Notes: generated by a model not told the origin, from the letters alone. Shown: positions 1-13,059, numbered from the stretch's first letter. The stretch is DNA of 54,081 bases from Piedraia hortae CBS 480.64 (GCA_010093745.1 MU006012.1:1-54081); one strand, 5' to 3'. Made by a program: numbers and translations.

Positions 1-731
1 CGCTCGGCTCTCGACTTCACGCGTCAACTAGTTTTCCGTAGAGATTTGTATGCAGGTACACATCTGCTCACAATTATAATACTTCCCCGTTCCCGATTAG
101 GCGCTAGCGTCGCTTCATCTCGGCCCATCACAACCGTCACAAGAACTGCTTCGTTCTGCTTCTCTTTGCGCAGCCTGACGAGGCTGGGTCATGATCGATA
201 TGGTCTTCATCAAACGCGCGCTGCTCGAGGATGTGCTGCGACGATGCAGTCCAGTCGAGTTGTCAGTGTCATCCAACTCCCCTCCTTGGTATCGTCCATG
301 AGGAATCCAAAACTGCTCGCACAGTGTGGGGAATCTCAAGAAGTCGTGGAATGATTCGTTCGTCGATGTTGTCAGAAATGAATAGCTCAGCGGCAACGCG
401 AAGCCGGTAACCTGACGAAGCTATACGCATGCGAACACGATCAAGATTTTCGCGATTATCGAGTCATTGCCCATCCCCATCCCTCCCAGAGAAAACCCGT
501 CATAGTGGGGCCTATATCCTAAAGTTCTGTTCCACTTCCACACACCACCATCTCCACATCTATCCACCAAACACCCATCCCAGTGAATGCCCACCACTCA
601 CCCTTCGGTGATTCACACCCCAACCATGTCCCCCAAACGCCCCTATAATCATTAAGCACGCTGCCCTACCAACGAACGCGTCGTCATTTACCATTTCCAA
701 TTCCCCCACCCCCCTCCGTTCCACCCCAATA

Positions 732-1175
732 ATGAATACCCCCCAGCGCAACAAGCGCACTATCCGTCCTCCAAGCACACCCATCGATCTCGCCACCCTT
801 GCAACCGAAAAACTCCACCTCAACTCAACCACATATCAAGCCCTCGCCCCTTCCGCTCCCCGTAAGCGAGCCCGCCGCGAGAGTCCCCTCTCCTCACCCA
901 TCAAAACCCCCCGAGAAATCAAATTCAACTCACCTGTTAAGTTGACCCAAAAAAGCAAGAGAATCTCCGGGACTCCCTCCCCGAAATCTATTAGGAAACG
1001 TAAACGGCGTAGGGTGTCGGAGGAGTCGATTCAATTCTCGTCTCCGTGTGTCCGTTCGGCAAAGCGGGCTTGTTTGGCGATGATGAAGTCGGACGAGCGT
1101 GTCAAGGAGGATGGGTCGAGGGTTGAGGCCGAGTCGCCGGATAGGAAAGTTGGGGGTGTGGAGGGGAAGGAATAG
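732..1175 (+). CDS. Hypothetical basic, Ser/Pro-rich protein (147 aa)
   Basis: ATG-initiated ORF with K/R clusters (RKRKRRR, NLS-like). No recognisable domain. Confidence 0.35.
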   Translation: MNTPQRNKRTIRPPSTPIDLATLATEKLHLNSTTYQALAPSAPRKRARRESPLSSPIKTPREIKFNSPVKLTQKSKRISGTPSPKSIRKRKRRRVSEESIQFSSPCVRSAKRACLAMMKSDERVKEDGSRVEAESPDRKVGGVEGKE

Positions 1176-1949
1176 ACTTGGTCGTTGTTTGAAGAGTCGT
1201 CGTGAGCATTCTGTTTGCTGTGTTTGAGGATGATGGACTGTGTTGGGGTTGCGAGCTTCGGGGGAGGTTTACGATTATGACGCGAGGATGGATGATGAGG
1301 GTGTTGTCAGTCGTCTCACGTGAGACTTGGTTTTGGTATGGGATGGCTTGATCGCTCCATGTCGCTACGGTGTAGGAGTGTGTTGTAGATACATAGCTTG
1401 TATGCCTTATGATCTGCGTTAGTGTGTTACTTCCAATGTGTTCCGTTCACGATCAGCAGGGAAAGATCACGTCACTGGAAGATTATGAATTCAACTGGCC
1501 GTAACTCGAAATTTCAGCGTTGTATCCAGAGCTCTATCTATCAATAGATACAAAATCTCCCTATTGAATCACGAATGACAAAAAGAACGCGCCACGAGGC
1601 GAATATATACAGTAGCAACATCCTCTATATCTAGTTCACGCAGTGGGAGGACTTCTATAAATCATGACACCGCATACAACCGCACCTCATCGGCTTCGCT
1701 AGATCCAGCGGCTGGTCCACCTAATTGTATAACCCCATGTCTTCCCCGTCCCTTCTCTGCAATTTTCTGGATGTGTCCAAACTGATCCCACAGCTTCGAC
1801 TGTGACAGTGGTAATCCACACCTCCGACTTGGATATGTGCTTGGCAAACACTACCGTCGAGATGGGTCGGATCTGACGTGCGGCGTATGTTCATGACCCA
1901 CGGCGCTTGTAAAGTCCATTCTTATTGAATATTTACAAATCGTGCGGAG

Positions 1950-2322
1950 GCAGTCTTCGCGCTTCATTGACTTGCAGTGTGGCTTCCACTGTGTCGTTTC
2001 GTGATTATGCTAGAAGAGATGGTATTCTCGCACGCAGTCTCGGGCTTCTTCGTAGCTTGCATGTAGCCTCCAGTGTGACATTTCACGGTTATTGCGATAG
2101 GAGAGATAAGATTCTCATAGGGAATTTCGGGTTACTTTCATAGTTCACGGTGTGGCTTCCACTGTGTTCATCCTTCCGTGATTACGCTACGAGAGATGAG
2201 ATTGTCGCAGGCAGTCTCGGGCTGCTTAGGTTTCCAGTGGCTTCCAGTGTGTCGTTTCGTGATCACGCCACGGGAACAGTATCCTCCCAACCTGCCGATA
2301 ATTTTCTAATTGGGAATTTCGC
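1950..2322. repeat. Degenerate tandem repeat, about 4 units of 84-89 bp
   Basis: The motif gt(g/a)gc(t/c)tcca(c/g)tgtg starts at 1979, 2063, 2152 and 2237. The first three units continue with related ...gagat..att.tc... sequence. Units alternately end in gcagtctcgggct or gggaatttcg. Confidence 0.85.
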
Positions 2323-2689
2323 ACACCGCTTTATGGATCTTGCAATTTTGTGAATAAAAACTTCGTTGTGTCTAATTACACTCGGACTTGTATAGTTGAT
2401 TGCCAGCTGCGTTCTCTGTAGTTCAACTTTCACATGCTGTGTATCTTGCGCCTCGAGCTCGCGAAGCTGAAGCCACTTCGTGAACGAGCATCTGCAAGCA
2501 GGCAGCTTACACTCAGGAAGTGTCTAAGATGATTAGTGTCCAATGGGTTTTCTTCCTGAATAAACGAGGCGAAACCAGTCCCTAGGAGCGGGGCAGAGGT
2601 CTACTAGCGTCAAGCTCTCCGCACAAAAGGACGGTCGTCAAGAGAGGTAGGCTTGTGTGTTTAAGATGTATCCTCCCAGTCGCATAAAT

Positions 2690-3850
2690 AACCCCCTCGT
2701 CAGGAAGCGACAAGTCCAAGTGGTTGGAAATGCTCTCAACAGCCCGTTTGTACCCCCAGTGCGCTGAGTGAAGCGAAATCGAACCCAGGAAACCGAATAC
2801 TGACAGAGGTATTCCTTTACAGAAAACAAAATGGCTCTAAGTCGGTTAGACAAACAACTTGAGTGGGGTTCATCATGCTTACCAGTTTGGCCAGCAAACG
2901 TTTTCTACGCTGCTGCATCCTTGTCAGGAAGCGAGAGATGTGTCGGCAAACGTGCGATCGCTTCCTGCAGCTGCGCAGGGCTTCAGGGGAGGTGAATGCT
3001 ACGGGCAGCTGCTCCATATCGCTGTGTTCGGTCGTCGGAGCTCAAAAGGCGGCCGGCTATGTTTCCACCTCTGGAGTTCCAGTTACCATCCGAGGTGTGA
3101 ATGAGCCCCTTCCGCCCATTGTCTCCCCTAACATACTGCTATCCAAGCTTTCTTGCTTAGACTCATCGCATGCAAGAAAGTGACGTAGTCTTCGCGTCAG
3201 CTCCAGCCAGCATTCACATTGAGTAGTGGTCGTAATCCGGCTTCTATTGTCGTAACCGCAGCAAAGTCAAAGTCGAAGTTTTCGGCAACCAACTTGTGGT
3301 AGAGGTATAGGAAGCTCTTCCCGCTCGTTAGTTTGTGGTATGTCTGTCGGAGCCTGGGTCCGACAGAGCAACAGACCCGCTCGAGCTCATCCAGAATGAT
3401 GTTCTCGTTCCATGGACGACATATGCTCACTCTGACTTTAGGAAGCCGCATAGGGTGACATGCTAAGTGGTGGATCCATGGGATGGTCTCGGTTTTGAAT
3501 GATTCGGAGGCAAGCGATTTTCCCAGTTTGCGCATTCCTTGCCAGTGCATTTGCCAGAGACGCTGCAGGGGCTTCATTATCCCTGCATCGCAGACCCCAT
3601 AAACCTCACGGAACGCAAAAGCTCGACCTTTACACCAAGGAACCAATTTGGCGCCCCCAACTAGCCTGGACGAAGTGTACTGCTGTAGCTTTGCTGGCTT
3701 GACACCACAGCAAGACTACGTCGTCGACATAAAAGAATACCAGGGACGACTGCCGATACAGGTAAGGGCTGCCGGGACGGACGGTAGGCCTGGCATTTAA
3801 GTGTGAAATCCTCATACCAGAGCAAACACCTGTCTTCACATTCAAGGTTG
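2690..3850 (-). mobile_element. Decayed Ty1/copia LTR-retrotransposon pol relic (RT, possibly RNase H)
   Basis: Minus-strand SPYLYRQSSLVFFYVDDVVLL (YVDD near 3720-3740) matches the copia RT PCLF..FFYVDD motif. Downstream DFAAVTT (near 3250) resembles NFAAxxTRPD. FPTTWTCRFLTRGL (near 2700) weakly resembles the RNase H end PTxxxxADxLTKxL. Frames are broken and the boundaries are approximate. Confidence 0.6.
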
Positions 3851-4389
3851 AGCAAGTAGTTCAGGTTTAGGTGTCTTTCAAGCAGGAGACAGGCGAGCGT
3901 CTGAATTTCTCCTGGCATGCGATCCTCACGCGCCTCCTCCAAGGACTGCAGTGTTTTTCATCATGACGATCGGACAACTGAGTTGTCGAAGTGATTGGGA
4001 CTAGGATGTCTTGCGGTGTATTCGTATACACCGTTCGGGTCTGTAGCGGAGAGGTTTTGAGTAGCCCGTCGTCTTCTCATATCTAAGGCGACGTTCGTAT
4101 TTCTGTGCCTCATACTATCTTTGCTCAACCTCTCTTTCTGAACCTTTGGCTTGGGAGAGGGTAAAATCACGAAAGGTCACGACTAGCGGAAGCCCGCGGC
4201 CCTTTGAATCAGGTCTTGCAGATTTATGGTGCACCCCGCCTTCAATCGACCCCAGGATCCCTCTGAGGGATCCACTGTAAAAGAAATTAGGCGACCTTCC
4301 CTTCTAGCATAGGGGTGAGCAAGCTGAGCACCTTTTCGTGAGGTTCATGTGATCACGCCACACATCAATCTCTTTCCCAGCTCTAGCAT

Positions 4390-4730
4390 ACTCGAAGAAC
4401 TCCCAGTGGGAGTGTTGTCCAGTGCCAAGCCCACAATGACGTCACATTTATTGTGGGACGTTTGCTTTCCTATCGTGGTATATTTACCCCATATTCGATC
4501 AGATTCGGATAACAAGCCCGGTTTTCAACCTCGATGTCGGAGAGGGTGGGAATGCAGGTTCGAGATGCGTAGATGGCGCCACGAAATTAGGGGATTGGCC
4601 TGTGTGCGGCTGTAATGGAGACTTTGCTCCACGGGCGACGATGGAGGTACGAGGATTCGTCAACGCAGCGGGATATTCCCGGCTCTTAATCAAGTATTAT
4701 AGCCGCTTGGCTGAAATTCTGTTGGAATTT
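4390..4730 (+). mobile_element. Decayed Ty3/gypsy reverse-transcriptase relic
   Basis: ELPVGV...PIVVYLPHI resembles MPFGL...VYLDDI with the catalytic DD lost. EVRGFVNAAGYSRLLIKYYSRLA (near 4643-4710) resembles the gypsy VRxFLGxAGYYRRFIxxYSxIA thumb/connection motif. Confidence 0.55.
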
Positions 4731-4908
4731 TCCAACGGCAGGGAGACAGTTCTGATGGAATATGGAGGTGTTGATTTAGCGCAGCATAATGTGCAATATG
4801 GACACGGAGAGTTGGAACAAGAACAGCATCCGTGATTATGCTCATGCATTGAGTTGTGTCAAAAGGATGTAGCACCCACCATGATTAGAAGCATAGATAG
4901 AAGTCGAA

Positions 4909-5314
4909 ACTTCTCAGGGTTTTTACCTCTATAGAGGAAGTTTTCCCTGAGACGGGTCATTGTCTCGTTCATGCTTAAGGGCATGGTTCGCTGACGTTGT
5001 CCTGGCAAATGCGGTTAGACTGAGGTAGTGTGGGGGAGGTTTCGAACCTCACCTCATAGAGATAGACAATTACATTTTGACCTTTTTCAGTAAAAGTTGA
5101 GTGAAAAACTTTCGTCGTTGACATCCACTCCGCTCTAGTCCTCGGAGGTTCACCCCTCCGACAAGTTGTATAGTCTTATTGTATTTTGGGTATTGAGAAA
5201 ATGAGGGTGCCCCACATTCGTGCACGGTCCAGACCGCATTTGCCGTGATCGCATTATGTGACGTTACTACGTCTCAGAGAAACCATCCTCTGTGAGGGAA
5301 AAACCCTGAGAAGT
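4909..5314. mobile_element. MITE-like non-autonomous element with imperfect terminal inverted repeats (about 406 bp)
   Basis: 4909-4954 (acttctcagggtttttacctctatagaggaagttttccctgagacg) matches the reverse complement of 5270-5314 (acttctcagggtttttccctcacagaggatggtttctctgagacg). A second, inner inverted pair is ggcaaatgcggt (5004-5015) / accgcatttgcc (5233-5244). No ORF and no clear TSD. Confidence 0.6.
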
Positions 5315-5538
5315 CTAACCATATACTCACGTGCTCATAGCAACGAGGCTTCATGCCAACAAGTTTCGATTAATAGCAAAGCCGTGAAACTATTCATGAT
5401 TGGGTGATACGTCCACCTAATCTCATGATCGGGGGTCCTGTCAGGTAGCTGTCCTCCGCAACATCACCACCACCCCGGCTACAGCTCGCAAAACACACTC
5501 CCCACTGGTATCATAATCCCTAACCTTAACTTTTGTAC

Positions 5539-8500
5539 CTACAATTCCTTGCCACCGACAAATTCACTCCACCTCTTAACCTCAGTCGGGATACCCTCCT
5601 TCTTTGGTAACTTTTCATTTATACACTTTGCAAACAACAAAGCAGTCTACTCACGTTAGTGACCCCCCTCTACTGTTTAAAAGAAAACTCACCTTCGGCT
5701 CCATAAAAAGCGGAACATGAAAGTCGACTGCATTCCTCCTCATGACGTAGTCCTCGTCGAGGAGACTACTCGCCCTTGCGCGAGCAAGGTTAAACACACC
5801 CCTAATATCGTACTTCTCAAACACCTCGCGCAAGGCGCGCTTATCCGTCTTTGGGAAGTCTACAATTTCCACGCTCACTCCAGGGGCGGCTTTCTCGAGG
5901 CGTGATTTCACCGTCTTGTTTGCGGCGTAGAGTTTGTAGCCTTGGGGATGGAGGTAGGCTACAATTTGGGCAAGTTCGGGGAAAGTTGTATCCCCGCCGA
6001 AGAGGAGACCTTCGCCCGGCTGTGGCGTGCGGAAGTTCATGGTTGATTGCATTGCTGTCCAGTACGCTTCGACAAGGTCCTGGCCGAAACAGGCCAGCTC
6101 GCCTGTGCTGGACATTTCAACGCCGAGATAGGGGTCTGCACCTGCGAGACGGGACCAGGAGAATTGCGGGACCTTGACGGCGAGGTAGTCTCGTGGTTTG
6201 GACATTAGGTCCATTGGTGCCGGGACATCTTTGTCTAGAATGGCTCGCGTTGCGACGTCGATGAAGTTTGTGCCGAGGACTTTGCTGACGAAGGGGAAGG
6301 AACGGGAGGCACGCAGGTTGCATTCGATCACCTTCAGTGCGCCGTCGACGTGGATAATTTGCATGTTAAAGGGTCCTGTGATGCTCCATGCTTTGGCGAC
6401 TTTTTCGGCAATCTCCTTGACCCGGTCTTGGGTATCGGTGGAGAGTTGAGCTGGTGGAAGGACGAGCGAGGCATCTCCAGAGTGCACTCCGGCGTTTTCA
6501 ATGTGCTCGCTGACAGCATGAACAATGAGCTTGCCGTGTGATGCCACTGCATCCACGTCGATTTCTTGTGCGCCTTCGATGAACTTGGTAATCACAACTG
6601 GATGATCTGGGCTCACTTCGCTTGCGGCGACTAACCGCTCCTTGAGCTCATTTTCGGAGCGCACAACGGTCATGGCGGCACCCGAAAGAACGTACGAGGG
6701 TCGCACGAGGACGGGGTAATTCACTTCGCGGGCAAAGGTCGCTGCATCCTCATACGAAGTCAGCTCCTTCCACGCAGGTTGGTCTACGCCGATGGAGTCG
6801 AGAATTTGAGAGAATTTGTGCCGATCTTCAGCCTTGTCAATATCATGCGGATCGGTGCCGAGCACTTTGGCTTTACCCGTTTCCTGCAACTTCAGAGCAA
6901 TGTTTTGAGGCAGCTGGCCACCCACCGATACCACCACTCCACTGGCTGTTTCCAATTCGTAAATGTCCATGACCCGTTCGTAGCTGAGCTCTTCAAAGTA
7001 CAGTCTATCAGCCACATCGAAGTCGGTAGAGTACGTCTCTGGGTTATAGTTGATCATGACAGTCTTCTTGTCGAGCTTCTTAAGAGACAGCGTAGCGTTG
7101 ACGGCACACCAGTCAAACTCCACGGAGCTTCCAATGCGGTAGACACCCGATCCAAGGACGATGATGCCATGGTCACCAAAGGTCACATCGTGGCTGGAAG
7201 CATTATAAGTAGTGTAGAGATAATTGGTATCAGCCGGGAACTCGGCCGCCAAAGTATCAATCTTCTTAACCCAAGGTCGAGTGCCAAACCGCGTTCGTCG
7301 GGCACGCACCTCGTCTTCGGTCGAGTTGACAGCCCGGGCGATCTGGCGGTCAGAAAAGCCGAGCTTCTTAGCTTTTAACATGAGCTCTTTGCGTATGCCA
7401 AACAGACTGCCAGTCTCCTGCAGCTGGCGCGTGCAATTTACAATGTTCTGGATCTTGTACAGAAACCACTTATCAATCTTGCTGAGGTCGTGAACTTTGT
7501 CCACGCTATATCCCCGATTGAGCATTGCCTCGCCAACAGCCAGCCATCGACGATCTGTCGGGTTCTTGAGAACCTCATCCACGTTCTCGAATTTGTCCCC
7601 TTGTAGGCCATCAAACCGGGGGTCAACTTGCCGAATTGCTTTCTGGAAGCTCTCTTCAAACGTGCGGCCGATGGCCATGACCTCGCCTACCGACTTCATT
7701 GCCGAGCCAATATCCCGCTTAACGTTTTGGAACTTGCTTAGGTCCCAGCGAGGGATTTTGGTAACTACATAGTCAAGCGAGGGCTCAAAATTTGCAGTTG
7801 TAGTTCTGGTCACAGCATTAGGTAGTTCAGGAAGGGTGTGTCCAAGACCGATCTTGGCAGCGGTGTAAGCGAGGGGATAACCTGTGGCCTTGGAGGCAAG
7901 AGCAGAAGACCGCGAGAGTCGAGCATTGACTTCTATCACGCGGTAGTCAAGGCCATCAGGCTGCAAGGCATACTGAACATTGCATTCGCCCACCACCCCA
8001 AGATGGCGCACAATCTTGATGGCAGCGGTTCGGAGCATGTGGTATTCCTCATCGCTGAGGGTTTGTGAGGGAGAAACGACGATGCTGTCCCCGGTATGAA
8101 CGCCCAAGGGATCGAAATTCTCCATGTTGCAGACGGTAATGCAGTTGTCAGAGGCATCTCGAACGACTTCGTACTCGGCTTCTTTCCAGCCTTTGAGGGA
8201 TTTTTCCACCAGGATCTGAGGAGAGAGGGATAGAGACCGAGCTGCCAAGTTACGCAGTTCCTCTGCATTATCGGCGAATCCAGACCCAAGGCCACCAAGG
8301 GCGTAGGCGGCGCGAACAATGATGGGATAGCCGACAGCATCCGCCGCCTTGAGAGCCTCATCCACTGTTGACACGGCAACACTTTCAGCGATTGGAATAT
8401 CAATTTCCTTGAGTGCCTGAGCGAATAGTTCGCGATCCTCGCTAGTTTCGAGAGTTTTGATGCTTGTGCCTAGGACTTTGATGTTGTAGCGATCGAATAC

Positions 8501-9073
8501 GCCCATTTTGTCAAGGCGAACTCCAAGATTGAGAGCTGTCTGACCACCAAAGGAGAGAAAGATGCCATCTGGCCTCTCGCGCTCGATAACATAGGTGACA
8601 TACTCTGGAGTAACCGGTAGATAGTAGACCTCATCAGCCAAAACATGGGCGGTCTGGATCGTGGCAATGTTGGGATTAATGAGCACGGAGGGTATTCCCG
8701 CTTCCTTGAGAGCTTTAAGAGCCTGAGAGCCTGAATAATCAAACTCACCAGCTTGACCGATTGAGAGCCCACCGGATCCAATGACTAGGACTTTCTTAAC
8801 GTTTGCTAGATTAGACACGTTTCCCGCGACACTACTGTTTTCTGCCTGGTCTGGTATTCTGAGTGGAGGTTCTGCCACAGTTGCAAGATATCTTGCTACA
8901 ATGGGGAAGTTGTGCTTGCGCAGGGCTCCAACGTTTGGCCGGCTACAGCTGAGCAGTGTTGTGCCTATGGAAGCTCTGGGTATGCGCAATAATGACTGAC
9001 CATGACAACTGAGCGAACGAGTGTGGACACTGTTGATTAGAAACCCTCTGAACGCCCTTGGAGACCCCACCAT
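5539..9073 (-). CDS. CPA2: Arginine-specific carbamoyl-phosphate synthase large subunit, mitochondrial precursor
   Basis: CPS motifs KVLVIGSGGLSIGQAGEFDYSG, EVNARLSRSSALASKATGYPLA, GSGVYRIGSSVEFDW and ECNLRASRSFPFVSK, with an Arg-rich presequence. Intron 5647-5692 (GTGAGT..CTAAC..TAG, 46 nt) joins the final exon TALLFAKC...GGKEL* ending at 5539. Confidence 0.97.
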
Positions 9074-9599
9074 GTTTGTAACTGAGCCGCAGCGTGCAGG
9101 CCATACTTTTTTTGAGTGAGTGTCCGAATGTGGAAAAGTGCCGAATTCTTACCGCGCCAATCAAAACGTCAGAAAGGATGAAAGTGGGGTAGATGATCAA
9201 CCTCACATCAACGGTTGACGAGTGATGCTGTCAAACTATGGTGCACTGCCATATCAAAAGACTGTACCCTAATTCGTCAACAGTATTCGATAACACGTGT
9301 GTCGTGTTCATTGCCCATTCATCGTCCCAGGAAATATTCCTGGTAGATATCTTGGTTGCCATCGCTCGAGAATCTCTCACAACCCTCACCATCATAGGTT
9401 TGTAACTTTAGGTTAATGATTAAGTATGCGGCAACCACCGGATTGCTTCACAGCTTGACCATGACGTCTCACTCCGGAATAGCAGCTGCTGATTTCTGTA
9501 CCGAGGCCGTATGAATGAAGCTAAGGTCGTACCGATAACCGGGCATGTCAGCGAAAGTGGCTCGCACTGTGGTCATGGAAATCTTCTGTAGGAACTAAA

Positions 9600-10400
9600 T
9601 CCCAACAGCGGTCACTCGATGTCATAGAAGAGGAGAGGTTTATGGGCACACAGACGATGAAAGCCACCTGGATGCATTATATTTCGCCCACTCGAAGCTG
9701 GTCGAGATCTACGAGGACAACAGTGATGTGCTCATATTCGATGAAGACGAACAAATACGACATGACGTTGCTGTGTTTTGTTTTCATCACTTCGTTCGGC
9801 GTACCCTTCCCCTTACTAGCTGCTTTTTGCAAAATGAGGGCTACTAGTTATCGTAGGCGTTTGAGAGGCCGAGTGAACTATTTGGTTAATGGGCTGAACA
9901 ATTCCAAAGTAGCACTGCGTGATAGAGACTTGGCTGCCATAGAGCAGTCTGCCATGCTATCCAGATCACAATGTGCCATTGAAGTACGCAATGCGCCTGC
10001 TGAATCCTCCCGCAACCGACTGCTGCAGCAGCAGCTACTGTCACTACATATCAATCGAGTTGTGGTAGACATGGCTCGGAGGATTGCCCAGAAAACTACA
10101 GGGCAGACAACAAAGAGATTGATGTTGGAGGACCGTAAAAAGACATTTTGCCTCCGGGGAAGTTTTCTCTTGGGATGGATCACAATCCAGTTCATGTTGG
10201 AGTACGTTCTCGGTTACATGGTCTCGGTAAATGCGGCCAGACTTTGCTAGCGTAAGGTAGTGTTCTCATCTTCGTTCCACTTTTTCCGTATAAGTCTTCA
10301 CCTCCGACATCAGGGTCATCGTGTGGTCATAAATCGCAGAGACGTGGCTCTGCCATACAAGGTAAGGTGGACGCGGGTAGTTCCGCCCTGGGATGTTCGT
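9600..10400 (+). mobile_element. Decayed Mutator (MULE) transposase relic
   Basis: Across a frameshift: LDALYFAHSKLVEIYEDNSDVLIFD / KTNKYDMTLL...FGVPFPLLAAF (MULE LFFAHP..DVLLxDxTYKTNxYxMPL), then RDRDLA (second Asp motif TDRDxAL), LLSLHINRVV (degenerate CxWHIxKN) and ETWL/PYK near 10340. The 202-aa ORF at 9642 is largely part of this relic. Confidence 0.75.
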
Positions 10401-11317
10401 CCGGGGTGCCTGGGAAGTTTAATATTGGCCGCCTGCTTTTGATCGATCACCTCCCCCGCAAAGCCTAAACAGTGGGTCCAGCCATCATCGCTAATTGGCG
10501 GCATTGTACCTGCGCCGTGTAGTTGTGGACGTGACTGCCATGTGCGCTTGCCCATGACCCAGGGACATTGGCAGGCATCGCAGAAGGACTGATGAGAAGG
10601 AAGGATATATTGCCCTAACTATAGCAGGTGATTGACAGGCCCGCTATCGCCGTTTTAGATCGAGTCATGCGTGACACCTATCCATATCGGGGTCATACGC
10701 CGATCATTGCCGTCAGACGACATGGTGACACTACACACGTGGCCGCACGCTAGCCTGGCTGTTCCATCCGAAGAACAAGGCGTCCGGTATTACGTAGAAA
10801 GAGGTTCGAATGGCATAATAACTATGTACTAGTTGACAAATGGAAAACGGTACAATTTCCGCCTTGACGGCTTGGCCGGTTCTAATTGCACGACTTTAGG
10901 TCGAGAATGTCAAGTGGCGTTCTTCGGTCTCGCTCTGCATGAAAAGGGCCGGGCCTTGCAAGGAGCAGCGTGGGGAGCAGCTGATGCTGCAGCCACCTAA
11001 CCCGGTTCAGCGGGTGAGAGCCGGGGCGTTGCGGTAACCCCGAGCGAAAGATAGCCAATGAAGATGGAGACATCGGCATCCCGCTGCCCGATCATCCGGT
11101 TAAGCAAGCCAAGGTGGTTAGCGAGCCCCGACATTTCCAAGCGCACGTCCCGTTCAGCCACCACGCAGATGACCTACTCCGCAAAACTATCTTACGCCTC
11201 CCGCCTCTCCATTCATGCACCCCAGAAAATATATAGTGGGAAACACAATCCGTCTTCTAGAAGGCAGTTTCTGTCCGATTCCGAAACCTCCATCTGCTAC
11301 CGTCACTACCTTCCGTC

Positions 11318-13059
11318 ATGCCTATTGCCCTCCGCCCCCCACCGGGGACTCCTGGTAAGGCCTGGCCCGCCATTGCCGTTGGTCTCTTCATCGCCTTTGG
11401 TGGTATTCTGTTTGGCTATGACACGGGAATCATTGGAGGCATTCTCGCCATGCCGTATTGGCTCAACCATTTTACGACAACGCCAGACCACACGCTTGAA
11501 TCCAAACAAAAGTCTATGATTGTTTCCCTTTTGTCCGCCGGAACATTTTTTGGTGCTCTCGCTGCCGGCCCTCTCGCCGACAAAGCTGGACGCCGGGGTG
11601 GTCAAATGGCTTCAACCGTTGTTTTCTGCATTGGTGTCATCATGCAGACAATCGCTACCAAGATCCCCCTGTTCACCGCTGGTCGATTCTTTGCTGGCTT
11701 TGGTGTCGGTCTACTCTCTGCCCAGATTCCTCTGTATCAGTCGGAGACAGCTCCCAAGTGGATCCGTGGAACCATTGTTGGTGCTTACCAATGGGCTATC
11801 ACGATTGGGCTTTTGCTCGCCTCCATCGTTGACCATTCCACTGCCAACCGCAATGATTCTGGCTCCTACCGTATCCCCGTTGCTGTTCAATTCGCGTGGG
11901 CAATCATCTTGTTTACTGATCTGCTTGTTCTTCCAGAGACACCTCGCATGTGGATCAAGCGTGGCCGTCCCGATCGTGCCGCGAAATCTCTCTCATTCCT
12001 CCGCCGGCTGCCCGTGGATCACCCGGCGCTTGTTGAGGAGCTGGGAGAAATTACTGCCAATCACGAGTATGAGATGTCCTTGGGTAAAGCCAGCTACCTC
12101 GACTGCTTCAAGGGCACACTTGGGAAACGTCTTGCGACTGGCTGTCTCCTTCAAAGTCTCCAACAGTTGACCGGCGTCAACTTCATCTTGTAGGTTCTTT
12201 TGCTGCCTTCTCGCCTACGCTTGCTAACTGGTTCAGTTATTATGGCACGAGCTTCTTCAAGAACTCCGGCATCAAGAGTTCATTCACCATCAGCATGATC
12301 ACATCCGCCGTCAACGTTGCATCAACGGTTCCCGGGCTCTACTTGGTCGAGTCCTGGGGAAGACGACCTTTGCTCCTTATGGGTGCCATTGGAATGGCAG
12401 TGAGCCAGTTCATTGTTGCCGCAGTCGGTACTGCCATTGGCACCGGAAACATGATAGGACAGCGCGTACTCATCGCGTTTGTCTGCTTCTACATTTTCTT
12501 CTTCGCATCGTCCTGGGTAAGTCGGATCAACCTGACCGAAGTATAAAGAGCTAATCTTTGCAGGGCCCCTGCGCATGGGTTGTCACGGGTGAAATCTTCC
12601 CACTCAAGGTTCGCTCTAAGGCTCTGTCCTTGACCACGGCCTCCAACTGGCTTCTCAACTGGGCCATTGCATATGCCACGCCTTACATGGTCGACTCTGG
12701 TGCAGGCAATGCCAACCTCGGAGCCAAAGTGTTCTTCGTCTGGGGTGGTTTCTGCTTCATTTGCATCCTATTCGGTGAGTAACATTTCACCGTTCTTCCT
12801 GCTTTTACTAATCAATCTAGTTTGGGCAATGATATACGAAAGTAAGGGACTTTCCCTCGAAGAAGTCGACGAAATGTACGGCAAGGTCAGCAAGGCTTGG
12901 CAATCACCGGGCTTCAGGCCTACGATTTCCTTCCAGGACGTGCAAGATGTGAACGTCCATGGCGGCCGGAAAGCCTCCTTAATAGAGATGGAGCAGGAGG
13001 TGATGAGGAAGAAGTCGGTTCAGCATGATGAGGGGTATATTGGAGGAAAGGCGCAATGA
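11318..13059 (+). CDS. MFS sugar porter, high-affinity hexose (glucose) transporter family
   Basis: Motifs FGGILFGYDTG, ADKAGRR, PLYQSETAPKWIRG, LPETPR and QQLTGVNFIFYYG. Introns at 12190-12236, 12517-12563 and 12775-12820 are all GT..AG with branch sites and restore the frame. Confidence 0.95.

Noticed and set aside
46..611. Short ORFs at the window start
   Set aside because: No recognisable motif or splice structure; they cannot be supported.
1740..1810. LWDQFGHIQK (minus strand) as a gag zinc knuckle or pre-integrase motif
   Set aside because: It needs frameshifts and missing Cys residues to fit, so it is too weak to call.
1950..2322. Repeat array as CRISPR-like
   Set aside because: The context is eukaryotic, and the units are similar along their whole length with no unique spacers.
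4255..4273. Palindrome ggatccctc-t-gagggatcc, and ccaggaa-ata-ttcctgg at 9327-9343
   Set aside because: Short isolated inverted repeats with no supporting context, plausible by chance in 54 kb.
5020..5060. GGTTCGAAAC (minus strand) and GGTTCGAAT (near 10803) as tRNA B-boxes
   Set aside because: No cloverleaf or A-box could be built around either.
9074..9300. Arginine attenuator uORF upstream of the CPS gene
   Set aside because: The attenuator peptide belongs to the small-subunit gene (CPA1/arg-2), and no such peptide is visible here.
9642..10250. 202-aa ORF as a novel gene
   Set aside because: It is largely a frame fragment of the decayed MULE transposase.
10400..11300. CreA-like SYGGRG hexamers upstream of the hexose transporter
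   Set aside because: Biologically plausible, but the hexamer is too frequent to call without conservation data.
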